Below, one piece after another: positions 25,316 to 48,654 of a stretch of 64,000 nt of DNA. The first letter of the stretch is position 1. Each line of letters begins with the position of its first letter. Location of the stretch: contig CAVNZM010000005.1 of assembly GCA_963693365.1 (NCBI GenBank), positions 10,024,334 to 10,088,333 on the forward strand, read 5' to 3'. The position numbers and the translations under genes are program-made. This DNA is from Amoebidium appalachense. Its lineage: Eukaryota; Protista; Ichthyosporea. The notes beneath the pieces are model-generated. The model was not told the origin of the DNA. It did not search any database and was given only the letters and a program-made list of their open reading frames with translations.

Positions 25316-26664
25316 CACGTGTACACGTGTACGTACACACATGCATAGTGTCACACAAAAACACACGCATGCACACGTTTTGCGCGCACACGTGCGCACC
25401 TATGCACGATTTCTGCATACACACCCACACACACAAAAATAATGTGCTCACATACACACACGGAGTCATACTCAAAATTGCACGGACACACACCGCTTAC
25501 AGAGATGATACACACACAATACGCCACGTGCACGCGCATATACACCTGTACACACACACACACACACACACACATACACACGCACACCGTCACACGCACA
25601 CACACACATGCACACACACACACACACACGTACACACACACCCACACAGACACACACACACACACTGACACACACGCACGCACACACACACACACACACA
25701 CATACACACATACACAGCACACACATCACGGCAATCTACACATATACGAAACAGACGTGCCGGTCAAACATTGCTCCAGTTATCCAGATAACACTTTTGC
25801 AGGGGTTTTTTACGTGTTGTGCTACACTTCCGTTGTTGGCTCTGGTATACCAGGCTTAACAAAAAGAACTTCACACAGCCACCGTTTGCATGCTGTACAC
25901 GTGAACAAACTGGAGGGTACGCATAGGAAATTGAAATACGCACTTTACATAGGCATCTGCAGCATTATTTGCGCATGCCCCTATTTTTATTTTTTATTTT
26001 TATTTTATTTTTTTGGGGGGGAGGGGGGGGGGGGGGGGGAGGAGGGGGGAAGAGGAAGTTTGGGAGGGGAGGGGGGGGGGGGGGGGAGGGGGAGAGAAAG
26101 GGGAAGAAGGGGGGGAGTGGGGGCGGAGGGGCACGGGGGGAGGGGGGGGGGGGGGGGAAGAGAGAGAGAGAGAGAGCGACAGATCCGACAGATCTAGAGA
26201 GGGGGGAGGGGAGGGGGGGGGGGGGGGGGGGGGGGTCGGCACGGGGGGGAGGGGGGAGGGGGAGTGGGGAGAGAGGGGCGGGAGGGGAGAGAGAGCAAGA
26301 AGGATGTGTTTTTTTGTCTTTTCTTTTTTTTGGGAGGCCAGGGCCGCATTGAATTACTACATGGCTATTGAAACGGAGGGTGTTGCGCTGCAAACCTTTT
26401 GTACGAGGGGGTGTAACTCGGAAGTGTGCAGGCCGTGTGAATGTGTGGTGCACACAGTTGTAGAAATGTGTCTGCATGTGGAGGAGGAGGATAGGAAGCG
26501 TGTGCAAAACCACATGCCGCATGTCAGCTCATGCACGAGTGCATATGCTCATGTGTGTGCCCCTGTATCATTTTCTTTCCGATTTTCTCTTTTTTTCTTT
26601 CTTCCCTCTTTATTCTCTTCCTCCCTTTCTTTTCTTTCCCTTTTTTTTTTTTTTTTTTTTTTGA

Positions 26665-26699
<35 letters not shown>

Positions 26700-27289
26700 A
26701 TGCATATGATAGTAGGCATTTATTTGGTTTCTTTCGTGCATTTCTTTTAAGGTACAAAATAAAATGCATGCTGTACTCACTTCTAAAACATTAAAATCAT
26801 GCACATTCAGGCCGATACACCAACTTGATACACCAACACGTACGTGGCATCAACCTATGGATCTAATATTAGAAACACTAATAGTAATGATTTACCAATT
26901 GGCTGACTTCAAATTGAAATGGGCAAACTAAATTAAGGGCATATAATATTTGCTTGCGGTCCTAACACTATAACCACCCCTAACACAATCACTTAGGTTA
27001 ACAGACAACTTGTGTTAAAGAATACTACGAGAAGAGGTTGACGTTCACAAATCTCGATCGGGATTTAGCAAGTCTCTCCAACCTCCCCCCCCCCCCCCCC
27101 CCCCCCCTCCCCCCCTCCCTCCCTCCCAAAACCCACACACATACCCACCGGCCCAAAGGGGAGGGAGGGAGAAACGGATAGGTTGAATTATGGTGACGGT
27201 GGGGGTGATGTGTATGTGTGTGTGTGCGTGTGTGTGTACACGCATGCGAGGGTGCACGTGCCTCTGTCAGTGTGCATGTTAAGTGTGGG

Positions 27290-27376
<87 letters not shown>

Positions 27377-27636
27377 GTTTTTTTTTTTTTTTTTTTTTTT
27401 TTGGGGGGGGGGGGGGGAGGGAGGCAAAGAGGGAGGAGGGAAGATATTGTGTGTGTGGGAAAGAGAGAGTGAGAGAGGGGGGGAGAGAGAGAGGCGGGGA
27501 GGGCAATCACATTGAACTTGGCTAAAAACATCACCCAGTCTGCTGACAAACCGGAAAACACAACAACACAAAATCATCTTCACAGCGCTTCCGACGGCGC
27601 CATGAACAACAATCTCCTATCTCCTACTACCCACGC

Positions 27637-33050
<5,414 letters not shown>

Positions 33051-33295
33051 AGCGAATAGAGCGGAAGGTTAGAATGAGGGGGAGAATTGTTAGGAGTAGG
33101 ATGCACACACACACACGCGGAGGAAAGTTACGAAGTGCGACGGTCTGCCGACTGCGCGCCATGCACTGACGAGGAGAGGCCAGCTCACGCATGGCGCATC
33201 AGATCTATTGTGGAATGTTTTTTACACCTATTCAGAGTTTTTGATTGGATGAATGTCGGGGGGAACTGGAAGGGGGGGGTAGGGAAGGGGGCGAA

Positions 33296-33331
<36 letters not shown>

Positions 33332-33669
33332 GGCGGCAGAGGGGAGAACTCGGTTTGGGGGCCCATGACATTCACCAAGAACCCTTTGGATGAAGGGGAA
33401 TTCAGGACTGGCCCCGTCGTAGATATTCCGCGCCTCGAGTAAACCAAACCCAATGACACTTCACCTTTAAGTTTAACGTTAAATTTACTATCAGTAGGGC
33501 AGCTTTATTTGGGTTCGACATCGGGTTTGCTCAAAATAAAATGCATTGTAACCTTTCTATGTACTTCAGCTGATAACCAAAACCGCGGCAAGGCTAATAA
33601 ATAGGCCCGAGTTGGTGAGGTGACTATGCAAAGTCAAGGTCATTCGCAGTTTATAAACTAACACCCAAG

Positions 33670-33703
<34 letters not shown>

Positions 33704-33823
33704 TTCCCCCCTAGACACACACAAACACACACACTCCCTCTATCTGAAACTGATACAGCCAGAGCAAGGAAAAAATCAAACCAATCCAGGCAAATATTTG
33801 AATCGATTCACAAAAACAAGAAA

Positions 33824-34046
33824 TCAATTCAGCAGAGTGCCCACACGTTGCCTCTTGCCCGCCCCCTCCTCATCCGACTGCCCGCCCTCTCCCAACCTCC
33901 GCTTGCGTACGGCCTCCGTCATGCGCAGCTGCTTGGCAATGATGCTTGCATTGGCCGCATAGCTGCACGTGTGTACGTGTACGTGTGCGTGTGTCCGTGT
34001 GTGTGCATGTGTGCGCGTGTGATCAGGTGGGTGTTTCGAGTGGATG

Positions 34047-34112
<66 letters not shown>

Positions 34113-34119
34113 CGTGTGC

Positions 34120-34152
<33 letters not shown>

Positions 34153-34224
34153 TCTTGTGTTCAGGTGGTGGTTCAGGTGGATGTTCGTGTATGTGTGGTG
34201 TGTGTGTGTGGTGTGTGTGTGTGT

Positions 34225-34284
<60 letters not shown>

Positions 34285-35061
34285 CGGGCGTGTGTGTGTT
34301 TGTGTACATAACATTGCATGTGTACATGCGTGAGCGTGTGAAGCGACTGCCTTTTTGTTTGGGTTTTTCCTTCCTGAGAGGGGATTGGGGGGAGGGAGAG
34401 AGGGGGGGGGGGGGGGGGGGGGGGGGTGATGTATGCGTTAGAGGGTTGGAAATATGGAGGAGACAACAAACAGCAACGACAAAAACGTCACAAAAATGAG
34501 AAGTGTGCAGGCAGAAGACACTTGAACAGAGCCCATCATCAGGGGAGAGGGGGAATCAATGTATTAGAGATTGAAAGCGTGGAGATACGACACATCAGAA
34601 GAAAAAGAAAAAACTTGCAAGGGTCGGAGAATTATGAGAACGGATGTCATGGAACGATAGTTGGAACGGTAGGTAATATTACTGCACAGATTTGAGTTAA
34701 AAATATTGGTCGTGGTAGTGATAATTGTTTCTCCATTACCCTGCCCGCAATGTCCCCCCTTACCCTCCCCCCCCCCACACACACCCCCACACACACAGAC
34801 ACACACAACCACAAACACACACAAAAACACATCACTCTCCCCAATCACAGCACAAACATGCACACGCCCACCTGCCCGCCCGTCCGAGCCCGCACCCACA
34901 CCCACACCCACACCCCACACGTACCCCCCCCCCCCCCCGTCACATACACCAACACACCCCTGCACGTATCCCCCCCCCCCCCCCCCCCCCCCCTCTTTCC
35001 TGCCTCACACCCCACACATACCCTGGACCCCCCCCTCTCCCTCCAATGTCACCCACCCACA

Positions 35062-35137
<76 letters not shown>

Positions 35138-35294
35138 CACACGTACCCGCCCCCCCTTTCCCGTCACACACACCCCCACACCCCCAAACGTACCCCCCCC
35201 CCCCCCCTTTCACACCCCCACACAAACTCCCCCCCCCTTCCCCCCGCCGCAGCCGCCGCCGCCCCCTTCACCCACACAGACACAAATGCACACG

Positions 35295-35350
<56 letters not shown>

Positions 35351-37104
35351 ACACACACGTACACACACACACGTACTCAAACACACACACACACACACAC
35401 ACACAAACGTACACACACGTGCACACACACACACACACTCATATACACGTACACACACACAGACCCTCCCCCCCCCCCACCCACCCACCCACCCACCCAC
35501 CCACCCACCCACCCACCCACCCACCCACCCACCCACCCACCCACCCACCCACCCACCCACCCACCCACCCACCCACCCACCCACAGACGTACACACCCAC
35601 CCACCCACCCACCCACACACGTACACACACACACACACCTAGCCGACAGCTCGTTGATCTCATCCTCCTCCTCCTCTTCCTCCACTGTGCTCACCGTTGT
35701 GGTGCTGCTCTTACCCAATACATCGTGCTCAATCCGCGGCTGCGGTTAAAAATAACATAAGTTATTTGTTGTGTTTGCTCGAGAATTTCATATTACATCC
35801 TTGCTACCATACAAACTTTGTGCGCTTTTATGGGCTGGAGACACAAAACAGAATTTAATGCAGCCAAATTTAGTCAAGAAAGTATGGGGAGTGGGGAAGA
35901 AATATATAATAAGCAACCCAGGCAGAGGAAGATGAGGGTGGGGGCAAGTGGTGTTTGTGTGTGTGTGTGTGTGTGCGTGCCTGCGTGTGTGTGTGTGTGT
36001 GTGTGCGTGTGTGTGTACGTGTGTGTGTGTACGTGTGTGTGTGTACGTGGAGGGGGGAGGGGGAGGGGGGGGCGAAGTAGAGGATGTGTCACAAGAATAT
36101 GAAGTTCACAGTCACGACGAACAACACAGGGGGAGAAGTTGCAGAGCACACACAAAGAGCGTGAATCATAAGCAGAAGTCGCGCGGGGGGGGGGGGGGGG
36201 GGGGTTTGAATGCGGCATAAAGTACGAAGTACACAAGTACAAACGGATAACACGATGCAGAATGCAAGCCATACATAAAGAGTTTGCATAATAAGCAGAG
36301 CCCATCCTCAGGGGGGGCCCACGTCATCCACAGTACCCGAGTTTCGACCTATTCACCTCGTTAACGAAACCCAACTCAGATACTGTTTCACTTGAACATG
36401 GCTAGCTCACCCGTCTTGATCAGAGACGAGCAGGGTTGCTTATGCAGGCAAGGGCAGTGGGAAAGGCCGGGGGTTAAAGTTGCAGCAGTAAGCAGAAGCA
36501 AGAAAAATATAGATAGGAACTCAGGAGACGGGGCTTCTGGGAAGCTCCCCCGTCGCTGTCTAAGTCGATACTTCCCTGGCTAACATACAACACCAGCTGA
36601 AAAGAATTAAGTCTCGAAGGCCGCAGAAAATTCGCAATCAAAGGGGAAAATATGAGATTTAACCCACGCCGCAGGGTAGTAACACGCTTACTAGGGCGGA
36701 ACTTTAACGTCTTCGAACGGAAAGCCATGCCCCCGGATGTCAGCCGGAAATATGGTATCACCCATTGCTTGGGTTTGAAAAAAGCCAAACCGATAGTCCG
36801 AGTTATGTTACGCCGGCGGGTAACATGCCACATGGGTTCCAAGGGAGCTGTCGCCAACAGAGCGGTGTGTGCATGTGTGCGCGTAACGCAATGTGTGAAG
36901 TGTGTCTATAGCTATGAGAGGGGGTATGCAGAAGTGGACAGATGAAGTGTGTGGAGAGAAAAACAGTAGGAAGAAAAATAGACACCGGTGTGTGCAACCC
37001 CGCACAACATACATACACACACACACACACATAAACAAGCGAAGATTACAGGTAATCAACCAGAACAACAAATGACAAGCAAAACAACAGGCGCCAAAAA
37101 AAAA

Positions 37105-37154
<50 letters not shown>

Positions 37155-37333
37155 GGGGGGGGGGGGGGGGGGGGGGGGGGGTCTTAGGGATGCTGCAGAA
37201 TTGTTAGATTAGACAAATCGTACCAATACGATCATTCTCTCATATATGAGAGAAGATTGTGGCTAACGATGTGCAGAGTTGGTTAAGACCTGTTGAGTGT
37301 GCAGAGAAAATGGGAGGGGAAGGAGGAGGGGAA

Positions 37334-37372
<39 letters not shown>

Positions 37373-37865
37373 TGAAGGCAGAGAGGGGTGGGAATGTTAG
37401 AGTGTCAGTAGTCTCAGGTGACCCTGCAGAGTCGTTAGATATCAGACAAAAACGCACCAACGACCAAGTTCTCCAAGGGGAGAAATGCGTAAAACGTTCT
37501 GCAGAGTGGGTTAGAGACCTGCTGATGAGAAGAGTGTATACAGGGTTTGGCCAGGGGGAGGGGGGGGGGGGGGGGGGGAAGGGGGGGGGAAAGAAGGTAG
37601 GAAGGGAAGGGGGGGGGGGGGGAGTAGGCCGGGGAAGGGTGAAGGGGGAAGGGAGGGGAGGGAGGGAGGGGGGAAAAGGGGGGGGGGGGGGGGGGGGGAG
37701 GGGGGGGGGGGGGGAGGGGGAGGAGAAGAATTAGAAAAATAAAAATAAAAATAATAAAAAAAAAACCTGTGGCGGACAGATCAGAGACGAGAGCTCCATT
37801 TCAAAACTTACCAGGCAACCCAAAAACCTAGCCGGCTGAGAAAGAAGAACGGTGGGGAAATGGCG

Positions 37866-37901
<36 letters not shown>

Positions 37902-38263
37902 GTACAGCCGGCCTGTTCTTTTTAACCTCCTCCACGACATTTGCCTTGTTGTGGAACACAGACCCCTTGACGATGTAAAGTAGCCCCGTGTCTGGTTCCT
38001 TCTGACCTCGCACCTGATTTTAAAACATAAAAAATGACGTTAGGGTGCCTTAAGTTTATCGGTAAAAGGTCTTGGGCACATTAGAGATGTGTTGATATAG
38101 TTAGCATGCTTGCGGTATGGTTAGCCCGATCGTGTATCGCTTGCTACCAAGCAACCAGATATACAAACAAAAAAAGAGAGAAGCACACATGACCGCGAAA
38201 ATACTGATGGTTGGAAAAGAATCAGAGGGAATAACACTGCCCATTTGCACTCTCTAGGGCACC

Positions 38264-38306
<43 letters not shown>

Positions 38307-38725
38307 AAAAAAAAAAAAAAGAAACCCAACCCCCACCCACCCACCCACCCACCCACCTCCCCCTGCATGCTTGCGCAAGCGAACCAAGAAAAGGAAAGAA
38401 AACAAACCCTCTCCCCCTCCCCCTCCTTCACACCACTATCATAATCACCACCACCACCACGCAAATTTCACACACAGTGCACACCCACACACACACACAC
38501 ACACGTACCTCCACAACCCCTCCACCCACCCTCACCCTGCATCACCCCACACCCACCAGCCCGACCCACATCCGCAGGGTGGGGGCGGTCCCTGCTGTTT
38601 CCACAAAACATGCATTGCATCTATCCACACTAGACACTCCCAAACGCACACGCACAGACACGTGCCCGTAAAAGCTAAGAGTCCATGACATATAATCTCC
38701 CCCCCTCCCTCCCTCACCCCCCTCT

Positions 38726-38764
<39 letters not shown>

Positions 38765-39220
38765 AAAAAGAAAAAAAAACACACACAAAATAAAACAAAA
38801 AAACGAGAGAGAGAGAGAGGGAGGGAGGGAGGGAGGGAGGGAGGTGGGGAGGGAGAGAGGGGGGGAGGGAGGGAGGTGGGGAGGGAGGGAGGGGGCAAGG
38901 GAGGGGAGAGGGAGGGAGGGGGGAGGGGAGGGGGGGGGGGAGGGGGGGGGAGGGGGGGGAGGGGGGGGGAAGGGGGTGGGGGATAGGGAGGGAGAGAGAG
39001 GGGGGGGGAGGGAGAGGGAAAGGGAGAGGGGGATGGGGAGAGAAGGGGGGGAGGGGGGGGGGAGGGGGAAAGGGTGGGGGAGGGAGAGGGAGAGGGAGAG
39101 GGAGAGGGAGAGGGGCAGGGGGAGAAAGGGAGGGAGGGAGGGAGAGGGGGGAGGGAGAGGGAGAGAGAGGGGGGGAGGGAGAGAGAGAGAGAGAGAAGGA
39201 GAGAGAGAGAGAGAGAGGAA

Positions 39221-39260
<40 letters not shown>

Positions 39261-39276
39261 CACGAACACCCTCCTC

Positions 39277-39331
<55 letters not shown>

Positions 39332-39338
39332 AAAAAAA

Positions 39339-39382
<44 letters not shown>

Positions 39383-40313
39383 AAAAGAGAGACAGAGAAA
39401 GAAAGAAAGAAAGAGAGAACGAACGAAAGAAAGAAAGAAAGAAAGAAAGAAAGAAAAAGGTGGGTACCAAGATGATAATAAAAGGGTCAAGTAAAACACA
39501 CCTTTCCCGGTCTGTAGAACAGCAGTAGTTTGCAGTTTTTGCACACCATCCTCTGTTGCCTCTCAATGCCCTTCTCCCTGCCACAAAAAAGGTGGTTTAT
39601 AAACAAAAAGTACTTAGGCGCATCATTAAAGAAAGAAGAGAAAAACAACCCCCCGGAGGGGAAGGGGGGGGGGGGGGGGGGGGGGGATTTGGAGGGAGGT
39701 GCAGCACGCACGGACGCGCACACACATCACGCACGCACGGACACATGCTAGCACCCCCACACACACACACACGCACGCACACACACATTAGGCCGTGCGG
39801 TGATGCCACGTATCAAGAACACTCTTGATTCTTTAACTTAAACCAAAGACTTAGTATATAAATACTAGTTAGTTTATGTACAAGGAACATTAGAAGACTT
39901 TCATAAATAAAACGGCAGGTGCTGTGCTGGACTAAAGAAGAATTATGACGGTGTGGAGGCAGAGGAGAGGGAGAAGACAGTAAACGATCAAGATGGAGCC
40001 ACTGAAGACTGCAATTGTTATGTTTTTCAAAAAAAATCCCTTTTTTTTTTTTTTTTTTTTTTTGTTATTATCATTATTATTATTGGGGGAGAGGGGGGGG
40101 GGGGGGGAGGGGGGGTTGAATGCGTCAAAAAGTACGAAGTACACAAGAACAAACGGATAACACGATGCAGAATGCAAGCCATACATAAAGAGTATGCATA
40201 ATAAGCAGAGCCCATCCTCAGGGGGGGCCCACGTCATCCACAGTACCCGAGTTTCGACCTATTCACCTCGTTAACGAAACCCAACTCAGATACTGTTTCA
40301 CTTGAACATGAGT

Positions 40314-40348
<35 letters not shown>

Positions 40349-41044
40349 TTAAATGCCGAACACGGTACGAAGTACACATACACGACGAGAAGCAGGGTGC
40401 AGGACACATGCAAAGGCAAACATTCACGTATGCAACATCAGCACTGCGCACAGTATGCGTCAGAAGCAGAGCCCATCTTCAGGAAGGGGCCAAGTCATCA
40501 ACTGTGTCTGATTTTCGGGCCCTGAGCCCGCGTATATACGACTCTCCAACTCAGACAGCAGCATCAACTGAACTTGGGAAAGCTAACCCGTCTTGATCAA
40601 AAACGAGCAGGGTTGGGGGGAGGGAGAGAGGGGGGCGGAAGGGGGGGGGTAGAATGCTTCACACAGAGGGGGGGGGGGGGGGGGGGGGGGGGGGTTTTGA
40701 ATGCGGAACACAGTACGAAGTACGCATACACGATGAGAAGCATGGTGCAGGACACATGCAAAGGCAAACATTCAAGTATGCAGCATCAGCCATGCGCACA
40801 GTATGCGTCATAAGCAGAGCCCATCCTCAGGGAGGGCCCAAGTCATCAATTGCGTCTTGGGGGGGGGGGGGGGGGGGGGGGGCAAAGGTAAAAGGGCAGT
40901 AATAGAGACCTAGGCAATAAGATCGAAGGAAGGGCAGAGAAAGAAACAGCTGAAGTGGTGGCCAGGAAAAGTTAGCGGGAAAGGGTGCTTAGACACAAAG
41001 TGATTGTAAGAAGAGTGAATGTATGTGTGCACGTGTGTGTGTGT

Positions 41045-41094
<50 letters not shown>

Positions 41095-41634
41095 CGGGGG
41101 GAGGGGGGGGACGCAAGGTGATAGTGAGTAAAGAAGAGTGAACGTGTGTGAGCGTGCGTGCTTGCCCCTGGGGGAGGCGACAGGGGGCGGAAACAAGATA
41201 GAAAAGGGGGGGTAGAGAAGATGAGTAACAGAGTGACTTATACCTTTTTATCTGAACAAGCTCGCCATCCTCACAACTTGTCCGGTTGAAACGTCTCTTC
41301 TGCTCCAAAACTGTCGAGCCGTCCGTTTTTCGTTTTGGTAGAGACTCAAGTTTGCAATCTGCAATGGAGATGTGTGTTAAATAACAACAGCGAGTAAAGA
41401 CGCGGAAACCCCCCCTGGGGGGCTGGGGGGGAGGGGGGTTTGAATGCGTCAAAAAGTACGAAGTACACAAGAACAAACGGATAACACGATGCAGAATGCA
41501 AGCCATACATAAAGAGTATGCATAATAAGCAGAGCCCATCCTCAGGGGGGGTGGGGGGAGGGGGGGGGGGTACAGGACCCCGCCGGGGGGGGGGGGGGGG
41601 AGGGGGAAGTACAGTATGTCATTCTGGGGGGGGT

Positions 41635-41669
<35 letters not shown>

Positions 41670-41904
41670 AGAAGCTCGAATGTACTATAAACAAGGACAA
41701 TGTAGATGGCACAGCATGTACATAGGCCGGATTAAAAGGGCATGAAACCCCACAGAAGACAAAATTTTCGACTGTGGAGTTGGGGAAGGGCGGGTTGTGT
41801 GGTGAAGGGGAGGGTGGGGGGGGGAGAACTGTCACAAAGTGCGCGTGTGTGTGTGTATGTATGTACGGAGGAAAGGGGAAGGGGAGGACGGGGAAGAGGG
41901 AAGG

Positions 41905-41943
<39 letters not shown>

Positions 41944-42529
41944 GAGAGCAGGGGGAACACGACGGGAAAGTAACAGAATGTACAGAAAAAGCAAAGACAA
42001 AGGAGGAAGAGAGGTCTTTGGAAAAAAGTGTTTGGTGTCAATCTATCCTGGATATATCTATACACCGAAGACAAGTAAAAAAAACCTCCACAGAAAAGAC
42101 CGCAAATAGACCATGGGACTACAGTGGGACAGTGGTGCACTGAAAGAAAATGTGCAGCGCTTTTGAATGGAAATATCTCAGCCACATGCCGCACGAGCCT
42201 AAAAGAGAAACGTGTAATTGGGGTAGGGGTGGGGGGGGGGGAAGGGAGTAAGAGAAGACGGGAGGAAAAGAAGGAAGCAAGACAGGAGATTTTGAGGGAA
42301 GGGGAAGAGCCCGGTGTGTGTGTGTGTAAGGGGGGGGGGGGGGAGGAGGGGAAGAGGGGGGAGGGGGGGAGGGGGGGGGGGGAGGAGGGGACAAAGGCCC
42401 ACCCAAAATGAGAGCCAAGTGGCCGCAGATGCAGTAGTAGACAAACAGAGGTGTCTCCTCCTTGGCTACCTCTCCATCCCTCCCAGGCCCATCCGTCACC
42501 ACCACACTCCTTGAAATGACCTTCGGCAT
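33824..42529 (-). CDS. STEEP1: STEEP1/CXorf56 (UPF0428) homologue, 6 exons
   Basis: Exons at about 42529-42403, 41359-41244, 39578-39503, 38013-37906, 35739-35639 and 33963-33824. They give [10 protein letters not shown]...[26 protein letters not shown]...[20 protein letters not shown]...[17 protein letters not shown]...[13 protein letters not shown]...GTLLN*, collinear with CXorf56 as I recall it. Confidence 0.93.
34427..34545 (-). mobile_element. C-tailed element subfamily C copy in STEEP1 intron 5
   Basis: Reverse complement starts CCCCTGATGATGGGCTCTGTTCAAGTG and ends TAACGCATACATCA(C)n. Confidence 0.75.
36075..36453 (-). mobile_element. Two stacked C-tailed elements (subfamily D at about 36075-36180, subfamily B at 36204-36453)
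   Basis: The B copy shares GCATAAGCAACCCTGCTCGTCT.TGATCAAGACGGGT, GTCGAAACTC, the hairpin core and the GCATTCAAA(C)n end with subfamily A. Confidence 0.75.
40116..41545 (-). mobile_element. Cluster of C-tailed elements in STEEP1 introns: B 40116-40313, A 40349-40614, A 40695-40858, B 41438-41545
   Basis: Each copy is bounded by G-runs on both sides on the + strand. The fixed end is adjacent to the left G-run and the truncation at the right end varies. Confidence 0.85.
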
Positions 42530-42738
42530 CTTTTCTGTTTCCTAAAAATCTGGTGTCGTACTGATGTTGTGATGTTTACTTGTGATCACAGCTAAACCGA
42601 AAGTACCCAAAGAACGGCCAAAAACCAAAAAGTTCTATTTACTTCGCGCATTCGTAGAGTTCTATCGTTTATGCCTTATGTTTCGGCCTTGAAGCAAAGT
42701 TGGAACCTAACCAAGTAGTGAACTACATAGCTTGGTCT

Positions 42739-42810
42739 CCAAAGGAAAGCCGCTTTGGTGGCGTGGGGGACGTCCTGAAACCCGTGTCACAGACGTGGTT
42801 CGAGCCTGCC
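42739..42810 (+). other. Degenerate tRNA-like / Pol III-type sequence
   Basis: A-box-like TGGTGGCGTGG and B-box GGTTCGAGCC at tRNA-like spacing. Partial acceptor and T-stem pairing, but no clean anticodon arm and no T-run terminator. Confidence 0.25.
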
Positions 42811-42880
42811 GGGCGTTGCACAAAGTATAGAATGAATATAAAAAAGAGTATTCCCGTTTGGTGCCCTAATTAATGCTCGT

Positions 42881-42911
<31 letters not shown>

Positions 42912-43001
42912 CTCTTGTATATACGTATTGACTACTTGACTTACTTGACTACTTGACTCTTCCTGAGCCTGCCTGAGCTTCAACAGTGTGCCGAAACGTC
43001 A

Positions 43002-43009
43002 TGACGTCA
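43002..43009. promoter_or_regulatory. Palindromic CRE (TGACGTCA) in the divergent promoter between STEEP1 and the + strand gene
   Basis: ACGTCATGACGTCAC is a half site plus a full site. A further ACGTCA lies at about 43049. Confidence 0.35.
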
Positions 43010-43409
43010 CGGATTTTACGCAAATTCGGTGATGGCGGGAAACTTTTTACGTCAGTCTGTCGTGTTGGTCACAAGTCGGAGACAATTATGTAGGCGCACC
43101 ATGATATGGGTACATTTTACTTGAGCATGCTGCCATGATACAACAAAATTCTTGATGCTGACGAAACACGCTGTACCACCAGCTATTTGTGACGCTCGTA
43201 ATTTATAAAAGAGCTTGAGCATTGCCCATTCGATTCCATCTAATAGTGGAGCTCTAATGTTATTTGCTCAGATGAACAACTGCTTCAGGCAGCCATATAT
43301 TCGTCGCCAAGCAAACCACCAGCAAGAATCCCTTTGTGGCATAGCCTTCTTGAAACACACTCTTTTCCCCACCGCAATTACCTTTTTTTTTTACACCGAA
43401 AACAGAAAC

Positions 43410-48161
<4,752 letters not shown>

Positions 48162-48234
48162 TGGTATACCTAAAACCCGAGCTCGTATTCAATCACACCA
48201 AACACAGATACACCTGCACACGCGCGCGCACGCA

Positions 48235-48320
<86 letters not shown>

Positions 48321-48614
48321 CACTTGATGTACACCCAAACGTGAGCACAAACACGGACGTGCACATAGCCTACATGCACACACACAGCACAAACACACAC
48401 ACACCCACGGCTGCACACACATCATGTCACACCAGTGAATGTCCATGTAGCACTGTCTCTGTCTCTAGATCTCTCACAAGCATGCTGATATTCACATGCT
48501 CGTACTTGCTCAGCATTCTCGAAGTATGTTGTTTCAACGGGTTTCAGGTCACCATGAAATGAAATAAAATGGCATGGCATCGGTGCTTGATATACTACCC
48601 CTCCCCCCTCCCCA

Positions 48615-48654
<40 letters not shown>

